From positions 1-49,839 of the forward strand of contig CAZJZC010000002.1 in assembly GCA_964550365.1 (NCBI GenBank): a DNA stretch of 49,839 nt, given 5' to 3'. Under the pieces are notes generated by a model. That model did not search any database, had not been told where the DNA came from, and was given only the letters and a program-made list of their open reading frames with translations. Both the position numbers and the translations under genes were made by a program. Source of the stretch: an uncultured Gemmatimonadales bacterium (lineage in GTDB: Bacteria > Gemmatimonadota > Gemmatimonadetes > Gemmatimonadales > JACORV01). Below are positions 17,532 to 25,642 of the stretch, piece after piece (the stretch's first letter is position 1; every line of letters starts with the position of its first letter).

Positions 17532-20459
17532 GTGAGCGTCGCGCCGACCCCGCAGCAGCGGAAGGCCATCGAAGCCCCGCTCGGTCCCGTGCTCGTCGTG
17601 GCGGGACCGGGGGCGGGCAAGACCGCCTGCCTCATCGGGCGCATCGGCCACCTGGTCACCAGGCTCGGCATCGCGGCGCCGCGCATCTGTGCCGTCACCT
17701 TCACCAACAAGGCCGCCGAGGAGATCGCCGCGCGGCTCGAGGACCAGCTCGGCGCGAAGGCGGAGGAGGTGCATCGCGGCACCATCCACTCGCTGTGCGT
17801 CGAGGTGCTGCGCGAGCACGCCCTCGCCGCCGGCCTCAAGGCCGGCTTCGGCATCGCCGACGACGAGTACCAGCGGACGGTGCTCCGGCAGATGGGGCAG
17901 GGACGCCGCGCCGGCCAGCTGCTTCGGCTGTTCGGACGGCGCCGGGTGCAGGGGTACCGGCTCCAGGCGGGTGACGAACAGCTGTTCCTCGACTACCAGG
18001 CGGTGCTCCGGCGCCGCAACATGCTGGACTTCGACGACCTCGTCGTGCGGACGCTGCGACTGTTCGAGGACCGTGCCGACGTGGCGGGGACCGTGGCAGC
18101 GCGCTGGGACTACCTGCTGGTCGACGAGTTCCAGGACGTCAACGCGGCCCAGTACGCGATCCTCCGGCGCCTGTCGGCGCCGCACGGCAACATCTTCGCG
18201 GTCGGCGACGACGAGCAGTCCATCTATTCGTGGGCCGGCGCCGACCCGCGGGTCCTCGAGCGCTTCGGCGCCGACCACGGCATCGCCGCGCCCATCGTGC
18301 TCGATCGCAACCACCGCTCCTCACAGCAGATCTTCGAGGTGGCGCGGCGGCTGCTGCGCGAGAACCCGTCGCTGTTCGACAAGAGCCTCGAGGCCAACCG
18401 GCTCTCGCCGTTCGAGGTGCGCGCGCTGGCCTTCCCGGACGACGACGCCGAGGCCGCGTGGATCCTGGCCGACATCGCCGGCGACCGCGCCGAGCACGGC
18501 CGGCACTGGGGTGACTACGCGGTGCTCTACCGGCGCCACGCGGTCGGCGAGCGGCTCGAGGCCCGGCTGGTGAAGGCCGGCGTGCCCTGCCGGCTGGCCA
18601 AGGGCCGGCCGCTGGCCGACGACCGGGTGATCGGGTACGTCATCGCGGCCCTGCGGCTGGTCGTCGCTCCCGCCGACCCGGCGGCGGCCGAGCGGTTCGC
18701 GGACCGTGTCCTGCCGCCGCACCTCATGCAGCGGCTCGAGGCCGAGGTCGCCGGAGGCGAGGCCGACTTCCTGCTGGCCCTGCGCGACCTGGCGTCGAGC
18801 CTGCGCGGCGACCCCGACGCCAAGAAGCTCTGGCGCCTGCTGTACCAGGTGGAGAACCTGGCCGGCCAGCGTCAGAAGCACGCCACCCTCCGCGGGCTGG
18901 TCGAGGAACTGCTCAGCCAGCGCGTCGGTCCGTTCAGGAACGCCCTCGAGGACCGGCACGAGGACCTGGCCGACCCGCTCGATGTGCCGGCCGCCGCGAA
19001 GCTCGCGGCCCGGCTGGACGCGGCGCGCCGGGGCCGCGCGCGCGTGGTCCTCGAGCCGATGAACGGTCTTGAGATCGGCCTGCGCGGCATGCTGTTCGCG
19101 GCGGGCTTCAAGCTGGCGCGGTATGCCGGCGAGGTCACCCAGGCCGAGCTGGACGATCTGCGCATCGGTCCGGCCGATGCCGGGCCTGAGGGCCTGGCGT
19201 ACACGGTCTTCAAGGCCCTGCAGGCGGTGCATGCGCGCGATGTCGACGGCGCCCTGCGCGACTACGTGAGCTTCGACCTCGAGACGACCGACAAGGACAT
19301 CGCCACCTGCGGGATCGTCGAGATCGGCGCGGTGCGCGTGCGCGACGGCCGCGAGGCCGGGGAGTTCCACTCGCTGGTGCGGCCCGACCGGCCGGTGTCG
19401 CCCGGTGCCCGACGGGTCCACGGCCACGGCGACGAGTCGCTGGCGTCGGCGCCGCCGTTCGCCGAGGTCTGGCCGCGGTTCCGCGAGTTCGTCGGCGGCG
19501 CCACGCTGGTGGCGCACAACGGCCAGCGCTTCGACGTCCCGGTCCTGCGGCGCATGGCCGCGGCGGCGGGCGGCGATGCCGGCGGGCTCCAGGTGTTCGA
19601 CACCCTGCCGCTGGCCCGCTCGCTCAGGGGCGACAGCTCGAAGCTCGGCGACCTGGCGGCGCGCTTCGGCGTCGCGGCCGGCCGCGCCCATCACGCGCTC
19701 GACGACGCGCGGACGCTGGTGGGCGTCTACCACGCCCTCGAACGGCTGCGCGTGGTGCGGGCGCGCAAGGCCGCGCTGGTCAACGCCCTGCCGTGGCTGG
19801 GCCTGTCGCTGGCGCTCGACGGCGCCCGCCGCGACGGCGAGGAGGTGAGACTGCTCGCCGCCATCGCGCAGTCCCACGCCCTGGGCCGGTTCAGCGACTG
19901 CCTCGAGTACTACGAGGCCGAGCGGCTGAGGACCGGCGCGCGCGGCCCCGCGCTCGAGGAGGTCATCGACCGCCTCGGCGGCCGCGGCCGCATGGAGCGT
20001 CTGCGCGAGGAGACCGACGCGTCACGGCGCTACCCGGAGGCCGTGGCGCGGCTCGAGACGCTGATCGACCAGGCGCCCGGGGAGCCGCTCGCGTCCGCCA
20101 TCGGGCGGTTCCTCGAGCGCGTGGCGCTGTCGGCCTCGCAGGGCGCGGAGGTGGAAGCGCACCGCGTCAACCTGCTCACGCTCCATTCCACCAAGGGCCT
20201 GGAGTTCTCGCGGGTCTGCATCGTCGGCGTGGAGGACGAACAGATGCCCGGCTGGGTCGGGCCCGACGACGACCCGGTGCACATGACGCAGGAATCCCGG
20301 CGCCTGCTCTACGTCGGCATGACCCGCGCCATCGACCGGCTGGTCCTGACGCGCGTGGAGCGGCGGCACGGCAAGCCGTCGGGTGGCGGCAGGTTCCTCG
20401 AGGAGATGGGGCTCGCGCCGCAGTCGCCCGCGGCCGTCAGCCCCGCGCCAGTTCCCTGA
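17532..20459 (+). CDS. UvrD/Rep-family SF1 helicase with an internally inserted DEDDh 3'-5' exonuclease domain
   Basis: An in-frame GTG at 17532 lies 8 nt after the preceding stop. Helicase motifs are AGPGAGKTA, DEFQD, GDDEQSIYSW, NHRSS ... TLHSTKGLEF and YVGMTRA. Exonuclease motifs FDLETTD, AHNGQRFDVPVL and HHALDDARTL lie between them. The upstream 2.4 kb of ORF 15054..20459 is an off-frame shadow over the BNR gene. Confidence 0.85.
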   Translation: MSVAPTPQQRKAIEAPLGPVLVVAGPGAGKTACLIGRIGHLVTRLGIAAPRICAVTFTNKAAEEIAARLEDQLGAKAEEVHRGTIHSLCVEVLREHALAAGLKAGFGIADDEYQRTVLRQMGQGRRAGQLLRLFGRRRVQGYRLQAGDEQLFLDYQAVLRRRNMLDFDDLVVRTLRLFEDRADVAGTVAARWDYLLVDEFQDVNAAQYAILRRLSAPHGNIFAVGDDEQSIYSWAGADPRVLERFGADHGIAAPIVLDRNHRSSQQIFEVARRLLRENPSLFDKSLEANRLSPFEVRALAFPDDDAEAAWILADIAGDRAEHGRHWGDYAVLYRRHAVGERLEARLVKAGVPCRLAKGRPLADDRVIGYVIAALRLVVAPADPAAAERFADRVLPPHLMQRLEAEVAGGEADFLLALRDLASSLRGDPDAKKLWRLLYQVENLAGQRQKHATLRGLVEELLSQRVGPFRNALEDRHEDLADPLDVPAAAKLAARLDAARRGRARVVLEPMNGLEIGLRGMLFAAGFKLARYAGEVTQAELDDLRIGPADAGPEGLAYTVFKALQAVHARDVDGALRDYVSFDLETTDKDIATCGIVEIGAVRVRDGREAGEFHSLVRPDRPVSPGARRVHGHGDESLASAPPFAEVWPRFREFVGGATLVAHNGQRFDVPVLRRMAAAAGGDAGGLQVFDTLPLARSLRGDSSKLGDLAARFGVAAGRAHHALDDARTLVGVYHALERLRVVRARKAALVNALPWLGLSLALDGARRDGEEVRLLAAIAQSHALGRFSDCLEYYEAERLRTGARGPALEEVIDRLGGRGRMERLREETDASRRYPEAVARLETLIDQAPGEPLASAIGRFLERVALSASQGAEVEAHRVNLLTLHSTKGLEFSRVCIVGVEDEQMPGWVGPDDDPVHMTQESRRLLYVGMTRAIDRLVLTRVERRHGKPSGGGRFLEEMGLAPQSPAAVSPAPVP
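19260..19750 (+). other. DnaQ/RNase T-type (DEDDh) exonuclease domain embedded in the helicase ORF
   Basis: Exo I is FDLETT (nt 19272), Exo II is HNGQRFDVPVLRR, and Exo III is HHALDDARTLVGVY (nt 19689). The domain covers about aa 575-735 of the 975-aa protein. Confidence 0.8.
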
Positions 20460-21891
20460 GCCGCTCCAGCAGGCGGACCATGGCCCAGGTATCGCGCTCG
20501 CAGTAGGCCAGCAGGTCCTGCCGCAGGCGGGCCCGCCGGTCCGGCGGGATGAGATGCCCGACGAACAGCAGCCGCCAGATCTCCACGCTCGCCGTCATGC
20601 CCTCCTGGATCAGCAGGTCGCTGTAGGTCAGGTCCGGGACCAGCGGCGTGAGGGCGTGCTTGAGCGAGAAGCTGCCCCTGAAGCCGGGGTGATAGACGTG
20701 GTCCCGCATCACCGGGAGCAGATCGATCAGCCGGGCCTCGAGCGCCAGCAGCGCATCGCGCCGGTGCGGCAGGGCCGCCGCCAGCTCCCGGATGCGGGTG
20801 CGCTCGAACGGGCTGTACATCACGATCCGCCCGGCGTCCGCGGTCGCCCGGAGCATCGCGTCGGCGAGGGCGTCGCGCGGGTCCTCCGGGCCCTCGGCGA
20901 GCCAGCCGACATGGTGATAGCCGCCCTCGGCCCGCGCCTCGTGGTAACTGAACTGCACCGTCGTCGGCGTCCACGGGCCGAGCCCGTCCCAGACCGGCAC
21001 GGCGCGGCTGATGGTCTCGAAGTCGAGGAACCCGAGCCGGCCGCTGAAGGGCTCGAGCGCGGCCGCGAGCCCGGGTCCCACGACCAGGCCGCCGCGCTCG
21101 GCCGCGAGCCGCTGGCGCCGCTGGACGTCGGTCAGCTTCTGGCCGGCCGGGATGTCCTGCATCCGCTGGATGCCCCGCGCGGCCAGCGTGAGGCCCTTGT
21201 CGCGGCCGCGATACAGGTGGGTGACGTGGAAGAGGTCGCCCGGCCAGCAGCGGTCCCAGAACGGGCAGGCCCGCGGCCTGGAGCAGTGGGCGCCGATGGC
21301 CACGCCGGGCAGACCTCCCGCCAGGGCGGCCTTCTGTTCGGCGATGACGTCCGGGATGCCCGGCAGGAGCGCCTCGACCTGCGCCGTGACGTCCTCGCGC
21401 GCGAACAGGTCGCCGTGCCCCGGATGCCGGTAGGCCTTGTCGAGATGCATGATCTCGATGCGCCGGACGTCGAGGCCGGCCCGCCGCACGACCCACGTCT
21501 GGACCGCCGCGTCGGGGATGTGCTCGTCCTTGACCGCGGTGGACGACTTCACCTCGACGAGCAGGTAGCCGTCGCCGTCCCGCACCAGCACGTCGACCGC
21601 CACGAACACGTCGTCCTCGCTGAAGGTCGCCTCGAAGATGGCCGGCGCGCCGGCCTCCAGGGCGGCGCGGGTCGCCTCCACGCGGCCCGGGTCGCCGTGC
21701 GGCAGGTCGATGAGCGTGCCGCCCGGGAACCGGCCGCGGGCCAGCAAACCGACCTGGCTGCCCTGGTCGAAGAGGTCCTGGGTCCCGGCGTCGGGCCTGA
21801 GCTCCTCGGCGTCGGGTTCGTGCACCCTCCACCACAACAGCCGATGGCACTGCCAGCCGGTGGTGAACCGGGACTTGGACAGGCGGGGCAC
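20437..21891 (-). CDS. DUF2779-type protein: Cas4/RecB-like PD-(D/E)XK nuclease with Cys cluster plus RNase H-like exonuclease-like C-terminal half
   Basis: - N-terminus PRLSKSRFTTGWQCHRLLWW.
- Nuclease core DVLVRDGDGYLLVEVKSS.
- Cys cluster CSRPRACPFWDRCW (nt about 21247-21285) plus the N-terminal Cys.
- C-terminal GFLDFETIS ... YCERDTWAMVRL.
- The start is uncertain: GTG 21891, GTG 21909 or ATG 21993. Confidence 0.75.
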   Translation of the reverse strand: MPRLSKSRFTTGWQCHRLLWWRVHEPDAEELRPDAGTQDLFDQGSQVGLLARGRFPGGTLIDLPHGDPGRVEATRAALEAGAPAIFEATFSEDDVFVAVDVLVRDGDGYLLVEVKSSTAVKDEHIPDAAVQTWVVRRAGLDVRRIEIMHLDKAYRHPGHGDLFAREDVTAQVEALLPGIPDVIAEQKAALAGGLPGVAIGAHCSRPRACPFWDRCWPGDLFHVTHLYRGRDKGLTLAARGIQRMQDIPAGQKLTDVQRRQRLAAERGGLVVGPGLAAALEPFSGRLGFLDFETISRAVPVWDGLGPWTPTTVQFSYHEARAEGGYHHVGWLAEGPEDPRDALADAMLRATADAGRIVMYSPFERTRIRELAAALPHRRDALLALEARLIDLLPVMRDHVYHPGFRGSFSLKHALTPLVPDLTYSDLLIQEGMTASVEIWRLLFVGHLIPPDRRARLRQDLLAYCERDTWAMVRLLERLRELARG

Positions 21892-21991
21892 GAAGGCGGC
21901 GTCGGGCACGCAGGGATGATGGATGGCCGGCGTGCGCGCCGCAAACGCCCGGCCGCTGGACAACCGGTCGCCGACCGGGGAGTGTTGGTGC

Positions 21992-22963
21992 ATGCGGGCG
22001 ATCAGGATCCACGCGACCGGCGGCCCCGAGGTCATGCGCCTCGAGGACATCCCCGTGCCGTCACCGGCGGCGGGCGAGGTGCTGCTGCGCATCGAGGCTG
22101 CCGGCGTGAACTTCATCGACACCTACCAGCGCGGCGGCCTGTACCAGGTAGCGCTGCCCTTCACGCTCGGGCAGGAGGCCGCCGGTTCCGTCGCGGGCCT
22201 GGGCGCCGGCGTGAGGGGTCTGGCGGTCGGCGACCGGGCGGCCTGGGGCGGCGGCACGCCGGGCGGCTATGCCGAGTACGCCTGCGTGCCCGCCGAGCGG
22301 CTGGTGCCGGTGCCCGCGGGCGTCACGATCCGCGAAGCGGCGGCAGCCATGATCCAGGGCATGACCGCGCACTACCTGACCACGTCCGCGTTCGCGCTGG
22401 ATCACCGGCACACCTGCCTGGTCCACGCCGCGGCCGGCGGCGTCGGGCGCCTGCTGGTGCAGATGGCCGAACTGCGCGGCGCGAGGGTGATCGCCACGGT
22501 CGGCAGCGACGAGAAGGCGGTGCTGGCGCGCCGTGCCGGCGCCGACGAGGTGGTGAACCACCGGCGGGAGGACGTGGCGGCGTTCGTGCGTTCGAGCACG
22601 AAGGGTGTGGGCGTCGACGTGGTCTACGACGGCATCGGCCTGGCCACCTGGGAGCGCAGCCTGGCGGTCCTGAGGCCGCGCGGCACCCTGGTGCTGTTCG
22701 GCAATGCCAGCGGCCCGGTGCCGCCGGTCGACCCGCTCGCCCTGGCGGCGCGGGGCTCGGTGTACCTGACGCGCCCGCGCCTGGCCGACTACACGGCGGA
22801 CCGCGAGGAACTGATGCGGCGGGCGGGCGAGGTGCTGGAGTGGGTGGCGTCGAAGCTGGTGACCCTGCACGTCAGCCGCGAGTACCCGCTGGAGGAGGCC
22901 GCCATGGCGCACCGCGACCTTGAGAGCGCGGCGACCACCGGCAAGTTGCTGCTGATCCCCTGA
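21992..22963 (+). CDS. qor: NADPH:quinone oxidoreductase (zinc-independent MDR family)
   Basis: MRAIRIHATGGPEVMRLEDIP...GVNFIDTYQRGGLY...HAAAGGVGRLLVQMA...LESAATTGKLLLIP aligns along its whole length with my recollection of E. coli QorA. Confidence 0.88.
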   Translation: MRAIRIHATGGPEVMRLEDIPVPSPAAGEVLLRIEAAGVNFIDTYQRGGLYQVALPFTLGQEAAGSVAGLGAGVRGLAVGDRAAWGGGTPGGYAEYACVPAERLVPVPAGVTIREAAAAMIQGMTAHYLTTSAFALDHRHTCLVHAAAGGVGRLLVQMAELRGARVIATVGSDEKAVLARRAGADEVVNHRREDVAAFVRSSTKGVGVDVVYDGIGLATWERSLAVLRPRGTLVLFGNASGPVPPVDPLALAARGSVYLTRPRLADYTADREELMRRAGEVLEWVASKLVTLHVSREYPLEEAAMAHRDLESAATTGKLLLIP

Positions 22964-22969
22964 CGGCGG

Positions 22970-23722
22970 CTACTTCGGCGCGAACCGGTCCAGGAACTCG
23001 CGCTCGCCATCGGTCAGCGCGCCGGGACCGTCGGCCTCGACCTTCCGCATCACGCGCTCGAACTCCTCGCGGTTGACCGGGTGCAGGGTGGCGGGATCGA
23101 CCCGCTTGAGGCGGTCGAGGGCACCCAGGGCCGAGGTCGGCGGCGGGCGCACCTTCCGCTGCCAGATGGCGGCCGGCGAGCGCCACCGCATCCATACCAG
23201 GTACAGCCAGCCGCCGACGAAGCCGCCCAGGTGCGTATAGTGCGCCGTGCCGTCCCGCGCGCCCGACGCGCCGCCGTACAGCGACAGCAGGGTCATGATC
23301 AGCACCATCCACCGCGCCTCGATGCCGACGATGCCCCACAGGTAGATCTTCTGACGCGGCCAGAACCAGGCGAACCCCAGCAGGACGCCGAAGATCGCCC
23401 CCGAGGCGCCGACGATCAGCGCGTTGGGCGTCGCCAGCGACACCACCGCGCCGGTGAGGCCGCTCACGAGGTACAGCTGGGCGAACCGGCGCGTGCCCAG
23501 GCGCAGTTCCAGCGCCGGCCCGAAGAAGTACAGGCTGAGCATGTTGAACAGGATGTGCGCGAAGCCGGGGGCGTGCAGGAACATGTAGGTGACCGCCGTC
23601 CACGGCCGTGCCAGCATCTGAGCGGGGACCAGGGCCAGCTCGAGCTGCAGTCGGGATTGGGGCGGCAGCAGCAGGTGGATCGCCAGGTTGGCGAAGATCA
23701 GGGCGGTCACGGCCGGCGTCAT
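22970..23722 (-). CDS. Rhomboid family intramembrane serine protease with C-terminal soluble extension
   Basis: WTAVTYMFLHAPGFAHILFNMLSLYFFG, the catalytic GASGAIFG, and a downstream HLGGFVGG. About 70 aa of charged C-terminal tail follow. Confidence 0.88.
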   Translation of the reverse strand: MTPAVTALIFANLAIHLLLPPQSRLQLELALVPAQMLARPWTAVTYMFLHAPGFAHILFNMLSLYFFGPALELRLGTRRFAQLYLVSGLTGAVVSLATPNALIVGASGAIFGVLLGFAWFWPRQKIYLWGIVGIEARWMVLIMTLLSLYGGASGARDGTAHYTHLGGFVGGWLYLVWMRWRSPAAIWQRKVRPPPTSALGALDRLKRVDPATLHPVNREEFERVMRKVEADGPGALTDGEREFLDRFAPK

Positions 23723-23776
23723 AAGGAAGGAAGGCTAGCCCCCTCCCGGCCGCTTCGGTAGTTTTCCCGAACAGCC

Positions 23777-25642
23777 ATGTCGACCCCCACGATCGCCCCG
23801 ACCGGCCGCGAGGCCCGGGACAGCGTCGTCATCCGTTTCGCCGGCGACTCCGGTGACGGCATGCAGGTCACCGGGGCGCAGTTCACGGTCGAGACCGCGC
23901 TCGCCGGCAACGACCTGACGACGTTCCCCGATTTCCCGGCCGAGATCCGCGCCCCCCAGGGGACCACCTTCGGCGTGTCGGCGTTCCAGATCCACTTCGG
24001 GTCCGGCGACGTGCTCACGCCCGGCGACGAGCTCGACGCGCTGGTGGCCATGAACCCCGCGGCGCTCATCACCAACGTGAAGGACCTGCGCGTCGGCGGC
24101 CTCGTGGTCGTCGACACCGGCGCGTTCAGCGAGCGCAACCTGCAGAAGGCGGGCTACGCCGCGAACCCGCTGGACGACGACACGCTGGCGAAGTACCAGC
24201 TGCTGCGGCTCGACATCACCAAGCAGACGCTGGAGGCGGTGAAGCCGCACGGCCTGGGCCAGAAGGACGCCCTGCGCTGCCGCAACATGTGGGCGCTCGG
24301 GCTGATGCTGTGGATGTACGGGCGCGAGCGGCGCACCAGCCTCGAGTCGATCCAGAAGAAGTTCGCCAAGCGGCCGGAGATCGCCGCCGCCAACGTGGCC
24401 GCGCTCAACGCCGGGCACGCCTTCGGCGAGACGGCCGAGCTCGGCCGCGACGTGCCGGCGGTGACGGTGGCGCCGGCCCGGGTCGAGCCGGGGCTCTACC
24501 GCACCATCAGCGGCAGCGACGGCATCGCCCTGGGCCTGGTGGCGGGATTGAAAGCCTCGGGCCTCAAGCGGCTGCTGTTCAGCGGCTACCCCATCACGCC
24601 GGCGAGTTCGCTGCTCCACAGCATGGCGGGCCTGAAGCCCTACGGCGTGGTGACGTTCCAGGCGGAGGACGAGATCGCGGCCATCTGCGCCGCCATCGGC
24701 GCGTCGTTCGCAGGCGTGCTCGGCGTGACCAGTTCGAGCGGCCCGGGCGTGGCCCTGAAGACCGAGGCGCTCGGTCTGGCCATCGCGACGGAGCTGCCGC
24801 TGGTGCTGGTGAACAGCCAGCGTGCCGGGCCGTCGACCGGCATGCCGACCAAGACGGAGCAGTCGGACCTGTTCCAGGCGGTGTACGGCCGCAACGCCGA
24901 CGCGCCCCTTCCGGTGATCGCGACCGCCACGCCGTCGGACTGTTTCGAGGTCGCCATCGAGGCGGTGCGCCTGGCGGTGACGTACATGACGCCCGTCATC
25001 CTCCTCACCGACGGCTTCCTGCAGAACGCGGCGGAGCCCTGGCGCCTGCCCGACGCGGCCGGCCTGCCGAAGTTCCCGGTCACGTTCCGCACCGACCCGG
25101 ACGGCTTCCACCCGTTCCTGCGCGACCCGACGACCCTGGCGAGGGTCTGGGCGGTCCCCGGCACGCCGGGGCTCGAGCACCGCGTGGGCGGCATCGAGCG
25201 CGCCGAGGGCTCGGGGCACATCAGCTACGACCCCGAGAACCACCAGCGGATGACCGATCTCCGCTTCGCCAAGATCGCCGGCATCGCCCGGGACATCCCG
25301 GCTCAGCGCCCCGCGCTCGGCGGGACGTCCGGCCGGCTGGCGGTAGTGGGCTGGGGCTCGACCTACGGGCCGATCCACCAGGCGGTCCGCGAGGCGCGGG
25401 CCGACGGGCTCGACGCGGCGCACATCCACGTGCGCCATCTCAACCCGTTCCCGTCCAACCTGGGCGACCTGCTCAGGGGGTTCGACCAGGTGCTGGTGCC
25501 GGAGATGAACGCCGGCCAGCTGGTGACCATCCTGCGCGGCACCTTCCTGGTCCCGGCCGAGGGGCTGAACAAGGTGACGGGCAAGCCGTTCAAGAGCGCC
25601 GAGATCGCCGACGCGATCCGCGCGCGACTGGAGCCGAGATGA
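23777..25642 (+). CDS. korA: 2-oxoacid (2-oxoglutarate):ferredoxin/acceptor oxidoreductase subunit alpha
   Basis: SVVIRFAGDSGDGMQVTGAQFT..., 621 aa, with fused gamma/alpha-type domains. It is coupled (ATGA) to the beta subunit gene. Confidence 0.88.
   Translation: MSTPTIAPTGREARDSVVIRFAGDSGDGMQVTGAQFTVETALAGNDLTTFPDFPAEIRAPQGTTFGVSAFQIHFGSGDVLTPGDELDALVAMNPAALITNVKDLRVGGLVVVDTGAFSERNLQKAGYAANPLDDDTLAKYQLLRLDITKQTLEAVKPHGLGQKDALRCRNMWALGLMLWMYGRERRTSLESIQKKFAKRPEIAAANVAALNAGHAFGETAELGRDVPAVTVAPARVEPGLYRTISGSDGIALGLVAGLKASGLKRLLFSGYPITPASSLLHSMAGLKPYGVVTFQAEDEIAAICAAIGASFAGVLGVTSSSGPGVALKTEALGLAIATELPLVLVNSQRAGPSTGMPTKTEQSDLFQAVYGRNADAPLPVIATATPSDCFEVAIEAVRLAVTYMTPVILLTDGFLQNAAEPWRLPDAAGLPKFPVTFRTDPDGFHPFLRDPTTLARVWAVPGTPGLEHRVGGIERAEGSGHISYDPENHQRMTDLRFAKIAGIARDIPAQRPALGGTSGRLAVVGWGSTYGPIHQAVREARADGLDAAHIHVRHLNPFPSNLGDLLRGFDQVLVPEMNAGQLVTILRGTFLVPAEGLNKVTGKPFKSAEIADAIRARLEPR

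Noticed and set aside
17532-21891. Calling the helicase/DUF2779 locus a defence island
   Set aside because: There are no neighbouring restriction-modification, toxin-antitoxin, integrase or other defence genes, and no compositional break visible by eye. It is kept only as a hypothesis in the findings.
21964-21978. 7-1-7 palindrome CCGGTCG-C-CGACCGG, 14 nt upstream of qor
   Set aside because: Short GC-only palindromes are frequent by chance in this composition, and nothing else supports an operator.
21991-21994. GCATGC where the qor ATG (21992) and the long-form DUF2779 ATG (21993, minus) would overlap head to head
   Set aside because: A 2-nt divergent start-codon overlap would leave no promoter space. 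The DUF2779 family N-terminus (PRLSKSRF) begins at the GTG at 21891, so the ATG at 21993 is most likely not used. This was treated as an annotation ambiguity, not biology.
20309-22923. 567-aa (minus) and 846-aa (plus) ORFs overlapping the DUF2779 and qor genes; likewise 23735..25651, 47565..49454, 12451..13767, 14368..16581 and 18321..19877
   Set aside because: All are Arg/Pro/Gly-rich shadows of motif-bearing genes in another frame or on the other strand.
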